Assembly: GCF_049243625.1 (NCBI RefSeq)
Contig: NZ_CP046975.1
Origin: Corynebacterium amycolatum
Lineage (GTDB): Bacteria > Actinomycetota > Actinomycetes > Mycobacteriales > Mycobacteriaceae
Direction: 5' to 3' (one strand)
Length of the DNA stretch: 32,000 bases
Position 1 is the stretch's first letter. Each line of letters opens with the position of its first letter. The notes beneath the pieces are model-generated. The model searched no databases. It worked only from the letters and a program-made list of their open reading frames with translations, and was not told the origin of the DNA. Of the stretch, positions 8,836 through 16,010 are shown piece by piece. Position numbers and translations under genes: made by a program.

Positions 8836-8893
8836 AGACCCCAGTATCGCTCCGGCCAGGGGGGAATACCATCCTCGCTCAGTGCCCGGCGGG

Positions 8894-8913
8894 GAATCTT
8901 CATCAAATCTTCA
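8894..8913 (-). promoter_or_regulatory. CopR-box-like direct repeat
   Basis: The minus strand reads TGAAGATTTGATGAAGATTC, two 9-mers 11 bp apart. As I recall it, the C. glutamicum CopR site is TGAAGATTT-N2-TGAAGATTT, which this matches at 17 of its 18 specified positions. It lies in the copR/cueP-like divergent intergenic region. Confidence 0.6.
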
Positions 8914-9110
8914 AATATAACCCTTCGACCGCCGTCACCCCTGTGCCCCACCCCGGGCCGGCGGCATCGCCTCCCCTGGTCGGTTCAGCAGGCGCCACCA
9001 GGGATTTTACTGCAAGCACCGCATACCCGGGGCGGGTAGAAGGACATCGCCCACGGCTGTGGGGTGGTGTCCCGGTGGTGACCCAGCTCACCGAATTCAC
9101 CCTCTTTTCG

Positions 9111-9140
9111 CCCTGCTATAAAGCTGTGAGCAGGGTTTTT
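9111..9140 (+). terminator. Terminator-like hairpin inside the 5' leader of the CueP-like gene
   Basis: ccctgct (9111-9117), an 11-nt loop, agcaggg (9129-9135), then TTTTT 9136-9140. It lies 100 bp upstream of the 9240 start. Confidence 0.4.
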
Positions 9141-9239
9141 GATTTCTAGTCCGTCAGGCACCCGTGCTAGATAAAGGTATGGCATCGACCTTGAGGCGGT
9201 GTCTTCTCACGGTCCTACCCACGATCCAAGGAGATTGAC

Positions 9240-9815
9240 GTGAAACGAGCAGCGATCGCAGTCGCCGCCCTTGCCCTCGCCCTCACGGGGTGTTCGGCCG
9301 CCGACCCGGAACCCACGGCCGACGGGACGGTGTCCCAGGATACATTCCTGACTACCCATGGCCTGGCCGACATGGGCGCGGTGGAGATCATTGATCACCT
9401 CGACCGGCAGAAGGTCACTGAGCGTCCCACGGATTTGATCGCCTCAGTGCGCGCCGATGAACTGCTGCTCTCGAGCGGTGACCAGGAAGTCGTGGTCGAT
9501 CTTCCCGACAATCAGACGTATGTCTCGATCGCACCCTATCTCACCTCCACCCACGACTGCTTCTACCACAGCCTCACGACCTGCCTGGGGGAACTCAACA
9601 ATGAGGATATCCAGGTCACGATCACCGATGAGGCGACCGGTGAGGTGCTGGTGGACGAGGCGACAACCACCTTCGACAACGGGTTTATTGGCTTCTGGCT
9701 TCCCGATGATGTCACCGGTCTGATTGAGGTCAGCTACCAGGGGCGTACCGGCACCACGGAGTTTTCCACCACCGACGACGGTGCCACCTGTGTCACAGAC
9801 CTGCGCCTGACGTGA
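9240..9815 (+). CDS. CueP-like copper-binding lipoprotein (cg3286-position gene)
   Basis: GTG start after AAGGAG. Lipobox LTGC at Cys18. Cys107, Cys115 and Cys184 have spacings of 8 and 77, versus 8 and 76 for Cys96/104/172 that I recall in Salmonella CueP. Confidence 0.7.
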   Translation: MKRAAIAVAALALALTGCSAADPEPTADGTVSQDTFLTTHGLADMGAVEIIDHLDRQKVTERPTDLIASVRADELLLSSGDQEVVVDLPDNQTYVSIAPYLTSTHDCFYHSLTTCLGELNNEDIQVTITDEATGEVLVDEATTTFDNGFIGFWLPDDVTGLIEVSYQGRTGTTEFSTTDDGATCVTDLRLT

Positions 9816-9885
9816 TAGCTCAGCAGGGTCCTCACCTGCGCCTGTCTCCCGTGTCACTGAATTCTTACACCAGGAAGGTTAAATC

Positions 9886-11367
9886 ATGACGAACGCGTTT
9901 TCCCGACGACAGTTTCTGCTCGGCGGGCTCGTCCTCGCCGGCACCGGGGCCGTGGCCGCCTGCACCAGCGATCCTGGACCCGCTGCCTCGGCACCAGGTT
10001 CCTCCCTTCACCCCACTCCCACCCCCACTGCGCTCGGTGAGCCGACGGTGCGCCGGACACTGACCGCCCGGCCCCTCTCTCTGGATATCGGCGGTATCGA
10101 AGCCAAGACGTGGGGATACGTCTCTGACACCGGGGATGCGGCCATTGAGGCCACCGCCGGCGACGTCCTCCAGGTCGATATCACCAATGAACTGCCTGAG
10201 AGCACCTCCATCCACTGGCATGGCATCGCACTCCACAACGCAGCCGACGGTGTGCCCGGCATGACCCAGGACCCCATTGAACCTGGCGAGTCTTTCTCCT
10301 ATGTTTTTGAAGTCCCCCACGGTGGCAGCTACTTCTACCATTCCCACTCCGGCCTGCAGCTTGATCGCGGCCTCCACGCCCCACTGATCGTCCGTGACCC
10401 GCAAGACGCTGAGGACCAGGACGTCGAGTGGACCATCGTGCTCGACGACTGGGTCGATGGCATTCAGGGCACTCCCGACGATGAGCTCGACAAGCTCACC
10501 GGAATGGGTTCGGACGACCATAACGGGAAGAAGGGGATGGGAGGTCACGGCCATATGATGCACGGCACCCCGGACCGGGTACTGGACGGGGATGCCGGCG
10601 ATGTGATGTATCCGCACTACCTCATCAACGGACGTATCCCCCGTGCTCACCGGACCTTCGAGGCTCGCCCGGGCGACAAGGCCCGCCTGCGGTTTATCAA
10701 CTCCGGCGGTGACACCATCTTCAAGGTGGCCCTCGGTGGTCACCGCATGACCGTCACCCACACCGACGGCTTCCCTGTCCAACCCCGGGAGACCGAATCG
10801 ATCTACCTGTCGATGGGCGAGCGTGTCGACGTCGAGGTCATCCTCGGCGACGGCATCTTCCCGCTCACGGCTTTGGCGGTGGGTAAGGACGACCGCGCCT
10901 TCGCCGTCATCCGCACCGCCGGCGGCCAGGCCCCCCGCCCCGATGTCGACTTCCCCGAGTTGTCATCCACCGGACTGCTTCTGTCCTCCCTGAAGCCAGC
11001 AGACCGTGCACTCCTGCCCGAGGGCACACCAGACCGAGAAGTCAGCATCGACCTGGGCGGGCAGATGATGCCGTATGAATGGAGCATTCTCACCGACGGC
11101 CAATCGTCCTCCGCGACCGTGCAGGAGGGCCAGCGCCTGCGGATGGTCATGCGCAACAGGACCATGATGCCCCATCCCATGCACATCCACGGCCACACGT
11201 GGGCGCTGCCCGGCAGCGGCGGGCTACGCAAGGACACCGTCCTTCTCCGCCACGGTGAAACCATGATCGCCGACCTGATCGCTGACAACCCCGGTGAGTG
11301 GGCATTTCACTGCCATAACGCCTATCACATGGAAACCGGGATGCTCAGCTCGCTTCGCTACGAGTAA
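9886..11367 (+). CDS. Multicopper oxidase (CopO/CueO-like), Tat-signal lipoprotein
   Basis: Twin-arginine signal SRRQFLLG followed by AAC. Copper-ligand motifs HWHG, HSHS, HPMHIHGH and HCHNAYHMETGM. Confidence 0.92.
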   Translation: MTNAFSRRQFLLGGLVLAGTGAVAACTSDPGPAASAPGSSLHPTPTPTALGEPTVRRTLTARPLSLDIGGIEAKTWGYVSDTGDAAIEATAGDVLQVDITNELPESTSIHWHGIALHNAADGVPGMTQDPIEPGESFSYVFEVPHGGSYFYHSHSGLQLDRGLHAPLIVRDPQDAEDQDVEWTIVLDDWVDGIQGTPDDELDKLTGMGSDDHNGKKGMGGHGHMMHGTPDRVLDGDAGDVMYPHYLINGRIPRAHRTFEARPGDKARLRFINSGGDTIFKVALGGHRMTVTHTDGFPVQPRETESIYLSMGERVDVEVILGDGIFPLTALAVGKDDRAFAVIRTAGGQAPRPDVDFPELSSTGLLLSSLKPADRALLPEGTPDREVSIDLGGQMMPYEWSILTDGQSSSATVQEGQRLRMVMRNRTMMPHPMHIHGHTWALPGSGGLRKDTVLLRHGETMIADLIADNPGEWAFHCHNAYHMETGMLSSLRYE

Positions 11368-11517
11368 CCCCCACAGCAGGGTTGAGTGCCGAGGTGGGCA
11401 GAGTCGCTGCAGGCCACCCACCGGGCAGCACGATGACCTTCCTCGGTGTTGTGGTCTTCCGGGACAACCAGAACACCGTCTTCTTCCCCACCGCCCCGGA
11501 ATATGGAGATCTAATCC

Positions 11518-12133
11518 ATGCCGAGCACACCCCGCAGAGCCGCCATCGCGGTTGCCGCGGTGCTCACCGCCGTGACCCTGGTGGCCTGTTCCTCAGGCGA
11601 CGGCATCCGAAACGCCGTCGCCGTCGGGGGGGGCACCTTCCAGTTCCACTCACCAGGAGGCCAAACCGAGATTATCTACGCAGAGGAGGAATGTGCGCCG
11701 CTGCCGGGCTTCTCCTGCCCGTCGTTGATGGAGGAAGGTGAGGAGATCAGCCTGTCTGATTTTGAAGGCGAGGTCGTCGTCCTCAACGCTTGGGGCTAGT
11801 GGTGTGCACCGTGCCGGACGGAAGTCGATGACCTGCAGCTTGTCCAAGAGACTCTCGACCCCCTCGGTGGCACGGTGCTGGGCATCAACGTCCGTGACTA
11901 CAACCAGACCATCGCCCAGGACTTCAAACTCGACAACGCGGTGACCTATCCCTCGATCTACGACCCGCCGTTTCGTATCGCTGCGGCCCTGGGAGGTGCC
12001 GACCTCGGTCATCCCGACCACCATTGTCCTGGACCGAAGCCACCGCCCGGCCGCGGTGTTCCTGAGGGAGGTCACCGCCGATGACATCCTTGATGTCGCT
12101 CTGCCGCTGGCCGAGGAGGCACCAGCATCATGA
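11518..12133 (+). pseudogene. TlpA/ResA-like thiol:disulfide oxidoreductase lipoprotein, disrupted
   Basis: Lipobox LVAC. The active site reads NAWG-TAG-WCAPC, with an in-frame TAG at 11797-11799 where WGxWCxPC is expected. A second frame change near 11991-12000 is needed to reach ...VPTSVIPTTIVLD...LAEEAPAS-stop at 12133. Confidence 0.8.
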
Positions 12134-12465
12134 CCGTTGATGTGATTGCGCAGTTGGCGATCGGCCAGCAGTTCGCCGACGCCGCGGCCACCGGGCCACT
12201 GATGATCGGCATCCTGGCTGCAGCAGCTGCAGGTCTGATCTCGTTCGCCTCCCCGTGCGTCGTACCCCTGGTACCCGGATATATGTCGTATCTGGCCAGT
12301 GTGGTCGGCGGGGAGGTCGACTACGACGCCGAGGGGGCGCGGTGGTCACCAAACGCCAGTGGGCGGTAGCGGGTGCGGCCGGGTTGTTCATTCTCGGCTT
12401 CACCGTCGTCTTTGTGCTGGCCACCGTCACCGGGGGTGTCTCCCGAGTAAAGGACACGGCGTTGG
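12130..12465 (+). pseudogene. ccdA: CcdA/DsbD-family cytochrome c biogenesis membrane protein, frameshifted and 3'-truncated
   Basis: The ATG overlaps the upstream stop. SFASPCVVPLVPGYMSYL motif. The frame changes near the G5 run 12332-12336. Homology is lost after ~110 codons, where the repeat-bearing lower-GC DNA begins. Confidence 0.7.
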
Positions 12466-12486
12466 TGTCAATCTATTGCGCAGTAA

Positions 12487-12588
12487 ACGTGCCAATCGAA
12501 TGGCTGGCCACTTCACTGTTTAATTAACGTGTCAATGAAATGGCTGCCTAGTACATAGTGCAATCTACGTGTCAATAAAGTGGCTGGG
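12487..12588 (+). repeat. Three 22-23-bp direct repeats at exact 40-bp phasing (TGTCAAT...GGCTG type)
   Basis: 12487 acgtgccaatcgaatggctggcc; 12527 acgtgtcaatgaaatggctgcc; 12567 acgtgtcaataaagtggctggg. There is also a partial copy, tgtcaatc, at 12466. Confidence 0.8.
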
Positions 12589-12599
12589 ACAGAAGAGAG

Positions 12600-12845
12600 C
12601 ACGCAAGAAGGGCCAATTGAAGCAGCAATGCACTGCACGCTGGCGATATCGCGCATGGAATTACCGCGTTCGATAGCACGATAGATACCAAGTACAGCCT
12701 CCGCCTCAGCAGGGATGATCTCGCCTGTTGAGCTGTAGCCAATAGGACGTACACCGTCGGAACACCAGCGCCCTTGCTCAGCACGCTGCTGTTGGGCGCG
12801 TGACTGCCTAGCGCCTTTACGCTCGGGTACACTGGCGGAAGCTTG
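12600..12845 (-). pseudogene. Short internal fragment resembling a (large) serine recombinase
   Basis: A stop-free minus frame 12513-12845 reads ...RAEQGRWCSDGVRPIGYSSTGEIIPAEAEAVLGIYRAIERGNSMRDIA.... This follows the pattern ...G.W.GG..PyGY...l.i...EAe.v..if......G.S...IA typical of the recombinase domain. No catalytic domain, no start codon, and no C-terminal domains. Confidence 0.3.
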
Positions 12846-12864
12846 CTAGCGGTAGTCAACGATT

Positions 12865-13152
12865 TCACCCTCCCCTGGGCCCCGTGATGGTGTAGTCACG
12901 TTGAATATGCGCTGTTGCCTGACCCCACTCGCTCGCTTTAACCCGCGCTTGGTGCGAATCGAACGATGCTTGATCAGTGAATTGTTCTGATACATTCCAT
13001 ACGAGCGGGTCGTCGGATTGAGTGACCTCGAAGCGCAGACACCCGGGTTCATCACGAGAGAGCTCAACGTGTTTTGGAAGGAACCGTTCAACGATTGAAA
13101 CATCACTGTGGTCTTTGCAGATCAAGGTGCCGTTCAGCTCGATCATGCTCAT
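12865..13152 (-). CDS. Antibiotic-biosynthesis-monooxygenase (ABM) domain protein
   Basis: 95 aa. ...DEPGCLRFEV...WNVSEQFTDQASFDSHQARVKASEWG... is the typical ABM/YgiN-like pattern. An RBS-like gaaggtg lies upstream. Confidence 0.75.
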   Translation of the reverse strand: MSMIELNGTLICKDHSDVSIVERFLPKHVELSRDEPGCLRFEVTQSDDPLVWNVSEQFTDQASFDSHQARVKASEWGQATAHIQRDYTITGPRGG

Positions 13153-13184
13153 AGAACACCTTCGCTATAAGTCAGACGCGGCGC

Positions 13185-13230
13185 TTAAACGTTGAACTTG
13201 AACTCGACGGTATGTCGTTGCAAAGTTACT
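13185..13230 (-). repeat. att-like copy C of the ychF 3' terminus (minus strand reads ...RHTVEFKFNV-stop)
   Basis: 13189-13208 acgttgaacttgaactcgac is identical (20/20) to 16408-16427. TAA at 13185-13187. The arm 13209-13230 matches copy A. Confidence 0.8.
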
Positions 13231-13266
13231 CCCTCTCGTTAACACCATCAAAAGGAGTGTTATCCA

Positions 13267-13515
13267 ATGAAAGCGTTCGGCTTCTTAAGCTTCGGGCATT
13301 ACGCCTTCGGCAGCTAGTGCGGGCCATCTGCGGAAAAGATCGCCAAGACTCGTCTGGAGATCACCCAGGCTGCGGACGAAATCGGCGTGAACAACGCGTC
13401 CTTCCGAGTCCACCACTTCGCGCTGCAGGCCTCCGCCCCGATGCCGCTGCTGTGTGCTATCGCGGCCACCACCAAAATCATCGAGGTGGGCACCGGCGGC
13501 ATCGACCTGCGCTAG
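13267..13515 (+). pseudogene. N-terminal remnant of a luciferase-like (LLM class) flavin monooxygenase
   Basis: MKAFGFLSFGHYAFGS-TAG-CGPSA...FRVHHFALQASAPMPLLCAIAATTKIIEVGTGGIDLR-TAG. In-frame TAG codons at 13315-13317 and 13513-13515. Homology stops at 13515. Confidence 0.6.
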
Positions 13516-13558
13516 CGCATATCGGGGTTGTAGCGTTTGAGTCATTGAGTCCCGCCGT

Positions 13559-13948
13559 CTACAAGTACCTACACACTTGATCGGTGCTGCACGTTTCAGG
13601 ATCCGGGTGCGCGGCGTCCTGGCTAAGGTCCGCGATAGTGTCGCGCAGCACGGAGAGCTGCGCGATCTGCTGCTCGATCTCAGCGAGGCGCACGTCAAGC
13701 AGGTCGCGCACGTGCTCGCAGGGCGCATGGCCGCCGTCGCGGATGTCGAGGATCTGGCGGATCTGGGCGAGGGTGAGGCCCGCGGCCTGGCCGCGGTGGA
13801 TGAAGTCGATCCGAGCGACCGTCTCGGGCGCGTAGTCGCGGTATCCGGACGGCGTGCGCTCGGTCGGGGGCAGAAGGCCCTGTTCCTCGTAGAAGCGAAG
13901 GGTCTTCGCGGTAGTGCCCGCCCTCTCGGCGAGTTCTCCGATCCACAT
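13559..13948 (-). CDS. merR: MerR-family transcriptional regulator (mercury-responsive type)
   Basis: 129 aa. The N-terminal HTH is MWIGELAERAGTTAKTLRFYEEQGLL. A coiled-coil dimerisation helix follows. Cys occurs in HAPCEH and in the C-terminal ETCSTDQVC. The gene is divergent from merA. Confidence 0.88.
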   Translation of the reverse strand: MWIGELAERAGTTAKTLRFYEEQGLLPPTERTPSGYRDYAPETVARIDFIHRGQAAGLTLAQIRQILDIRDGGHAPCEHVRDLLDVRLAEIEQQIAQLSVLRDTIADLSQDAAHPDPETCSTDQVCRYL

Positions 13949-13972
13949 TACTGTCTCCCTCCGTGGCCGCGC

Positions 13973-14007
13973 TTGACCTTCCCCTGCACTGGAAGGTCCA
14001 GTATGGC
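13973..14007 (+). promoter_or_regulatory. MerR-type promoter/operator for merA
   Basis: TTGACC at 13973-13978. A perfect dyad gaccttcc-N8-ggaaggtc at 13975-13998 spans an overlong (~20 nt) spacer before a -10-like cagtat/tatggc at 13999-14007. Confidence 0.6.
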
Positions 14008-14046
14008 TGAGACAGAGCAGAAAGCCAAGAGTTGACAGGAGCAGCG

Positions 14047-15471
14047 ATGCCTACGAAGTACGATCTCGCCATCATCGGATCGGGAGGCGGCGCGTTCGCC
14101 GCTGCGATCCGCGCCAGCACGCTCGGGAAGTCGGTGGTGATGATCGAGCGCGGGACGCTCGGCGGCACCTGCGTGAACACGGGCTGCGTCCCGTCGAAGG
14201 CGCTCATTGCCGCGGCCGGCGCGCGGCACGTCGCGGTCGACGCCGCAACCCGGTTCCCCGGAATCGCTACGACGGCGGATCCCGTCGACATGCCCGCGCT
14301 GATCGCTGGGAAGCAAGCGTTGGTGGAGTCGCTGCGCGGCGAGAAGTACGCCGACGTCGCCGACTCCTACGGCTGGCAGGTCCTCCGCGGCGACGCCTCG
14401 TTCGTGGGCACCCCTGATGCGCCGGTTCTCGATGTTGCCGGATCCGACGGAAGCGTCGAGACCATCGAGGCCCACCACTACCTGGTCGCGACTGGTTCTC
14501 GCCCGTGGGCACCGCCGATCGACGGCCTGGAGGAGACCGGGTACCTGACCTCGACCACGGCGATGGAGCTGACGGAGGTCCCCGAGTCGCTGCTGGTGCT
14601 CGGCGGCGGCTACGTCGCCCTGGAGCAGACGCAGCTGTTCGTCCGCCTCGGCTCCCAGGTCACCGTGCTGGTGCGGTCCCGGCTCGCGTCGAAGGAGGAG
14701 CCGGAGGTGTCCCGGACACTGCAGGAGGTGTTCGCCGACGAGGGCATCCGGGTGGTCCGCCGCGCGGTGCCGACCCGGGTGTCCCGGGACGCGGCGACCG
14801 GGCAGGTCGTGGTTACCGCGGACGTGTCCGGCGGCTCGCAGGAGTTCCGCGCCGACCAGGTGCTCGTCGCTCTCGGACGCCGTCCCGTCACCGACGGCTT
14901 GAACCTCGATGCGGTCGGGGTGAAGACCGGGGACTCCGGCGAGGTGGTCGTCTCCGACCATCTGCAGTCGTCGAACCCGCGGATCTGGGCCGCGGGCGAC
15001 GTGACCGGGCACCCGGAGTTCGTCTACGTCGCGGCCCACCACGGCACCCTCGTCGCCGAGAACGCGTTCGCCGACGCCGACCGGTCCGTCGACTACTCCC
15101 ATCTGCCGCGGGTGACGTTCACCGGACCGGCGATCGGCGCGGTCGGGATGACCGAGAAGGAGGTCGTCGCCGCGGGGATCCGCTGCGACTGCCGCGTGCT
15201 GCCCCTGGAGTATGTGCCCCGGGCGGTGATCAACCGCGACACCCGCGGGTTCATCAAGATCGTCGTGAACGCCGATACGAGCGAGATCCTCGGCCTCACC
15301 GCCGTCGCCAAGGACGCCGGGGAGCTCGCCGCCGCAGGCGTCCACGTACTCGGCAGGACCGTCGCCGAGGTCGCCAACGCCTGGGCCCCCTACCTGACCA
15401 TGGCCGAGGGCATCCGGATCGCCGCGAAGGCCTTCACCACCGACCCGTCGCTGCTGTCGTGCTGCGCATGA
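14047..15471 (+). CDS. merA: Mercuric reductase MerA (core enzyme, no NmerA domain)
   Basis: ATG at 14047 after AGGAG (alternative TTG at 14032). Motifs: GSGGGAFAAA FAD site, redox-active GGTCVNTGCVPSK, and the C-terminal Cys pair ...LLSCCA. Confidence 0.93.
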   Translation: MPTKYDLAIIGSGGGAFAAAIRASTLGKSVVMIERGTLGGTCVNTGCVPSKALIAAAGARHVAVDAATRFPGIATTADPVDMPALIAGKQALVESLRGEKYADVADSYGWQVLRGDASFVGTPDAPVLDVAGSDGSVETIEAHHYLVATGSRPWAPPIDGLEETGYLTSTTAMELTEVPESLLVLGGGYVALEQTQLFVRLGSQVTVLVRSRLASKEEPEVSRTLQEVFADEGIRVVRRAVPTRVSRDAATGQVVVTADVSGGSQEFRADQVLVALGRRPVTDGLNLDAVGVKTGDSGEVVVSDHLQSSNPRIWAAGDVTGHPEFVYVAAHHGTLVAENAFADADRSVDYSHLPRVTFTGPAIGAVGMTEKEVVAAGIRCDCRVLPLEYVPRAVINRDTRGFIKIVVNADTSEILGLTAVAKDAGELAAAGVHVLGRTVAEVANAWAPYLTMAEGIRIAAKAFTTDPSLLSCCA

Positions 15472-15818
15472 ACGGCAACGCAGGCAATCGGGGAGATCTC
15501 ATCCAGAAGCAGACGATGAGCGCCGATCAGGACCGCGACGAATGGCGCGCCGGTCCCGTCGTCGCTGCAGTGACCGGGCTGCTCCTACTGGCATGCTGCG
15601 CGCTTCCGTCGCTGCTCTGCTGCGGCCTGCCGTTCATCGCGGCGGGCGGAGCACTCGCAGGCGTCGGTGGGCTCCTCGGTAATCCCTGGATCATCGGTGC
15701 CGGGACCGCCGTCGTGATGGCCGTCATGGCGGGGATGCTCGTCAGGCTACGGCGGCGGCACCGGCGCTGCAGGTCCGGCTGCTGCGAAAATCCTTCGACC
15801 GCTGATCGGAACCGGTAG
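15468..15818 (+). CDS. Small two-TM membrane protein with three vicinal Cys pairs, candidate Hg(II) transporter (MerF/MerH-like architecture)
   Basis: The ATG overlaps the merA stop (ATGA). 116 aa. TM1 is LLLLACCALPSLLCCGLPFIAAG, TM2 is WIIGAGTAVVMAVMAGMLV, and the basic tail is RRRHRRCRSGCCE. It lies inside a long GC-shadow ORF (14505..15818). Confidence 0.6.
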   Translation: MNGNAGNRGDLIQKQTMSADQDRDEWRAGPVVAAVTGLLLLACCALPSLLCCGLPFIAAGGALAGVGGLLGNPWIIGAGTAVVMAVMAGMLVRLRRRHRRCRSGCCENPSTADRNR

Positions 15819-16010
15819 TTCGAGCGGATCCAGCGATCACTGCCACCTGCGGAGGCCGCTGAAATCGAAGCCCGACGGGAGAAGGAGGAGCAAAAAGCGT
15901 TCGAATCAACCGGTGACGAGGATAATACTGAGGCTGGATCCCGGCCGTCGCGACGCGGTCTCCGCTTCCGCCGAGACGAGAAAGGGTTGTGGGCACCTAG
16001 GCTGGGCGGC

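Larger units (their letters stand above)
3100..13184. mobile_element. Module 2: integrase-less copper-resistance module between att copies B and C (mosaic, decayed)
   Basis: Bounded by ychF-terminus repeats. Its CopRS-type gene set matches the C. glutamicum cg3281-cg3289 layout. A lower-GC tail runs from ~12450 to 13184. Confidence 0.55.

Noticed and set aside
9865-10782. 305-aa ORF antisense to the multicopper oxidase. Similar long antisense ORFs occur at 18016..19080 (perM), 24332..25279 (fumC) and 1024..1713 / 1921..2625 (ATPase).
   Set aside because: They have no recognisable domains and lie opposite genes with unambiguous motifs. They are GC-driven open frames.
11626-11633. G8 homopolymer inside the tlpA-like gene considered as another frameshift site
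   Set aside because: The reading frame is continuous across it (AVGGGTFQF). The lesions in this gene are the TAG at 11797 and a shift near 11991-12000.
12487-12588. Phased direct repeats considered as plasmid-type iterons or a replication origin
   Set aside because: The 40-bp spacing is about twice the usual iteron period. There is no rep gene, DnaA boxes or AT-rich unwinding element nearby. A transposon-end or protein-binding array is more plausible.
3774-13515. In-frame TAG codons at 3774, 11797, 13315 and 13513 as possible recoding (pyrrolysine or read-through)
   Set aside because: No pyl genes or recoding signals are visible. The same genes also carry frameshifts or truncations. CAG, TGG or TAC changing to TAG are single-step mutations expected in GC-rich genes undergoing decay.
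13948-15345. 465-aa minus-strand ORF, and the first ~320 codons of plus ORF 14505..15818, both overlapping merA
   Set aside because: Arg/Gly/Pro-rich shadow frames of the merA coding region. Only the last 116 codons of the plus frame (15468-15818), beyond the merA stop, look like a real membrane protein.
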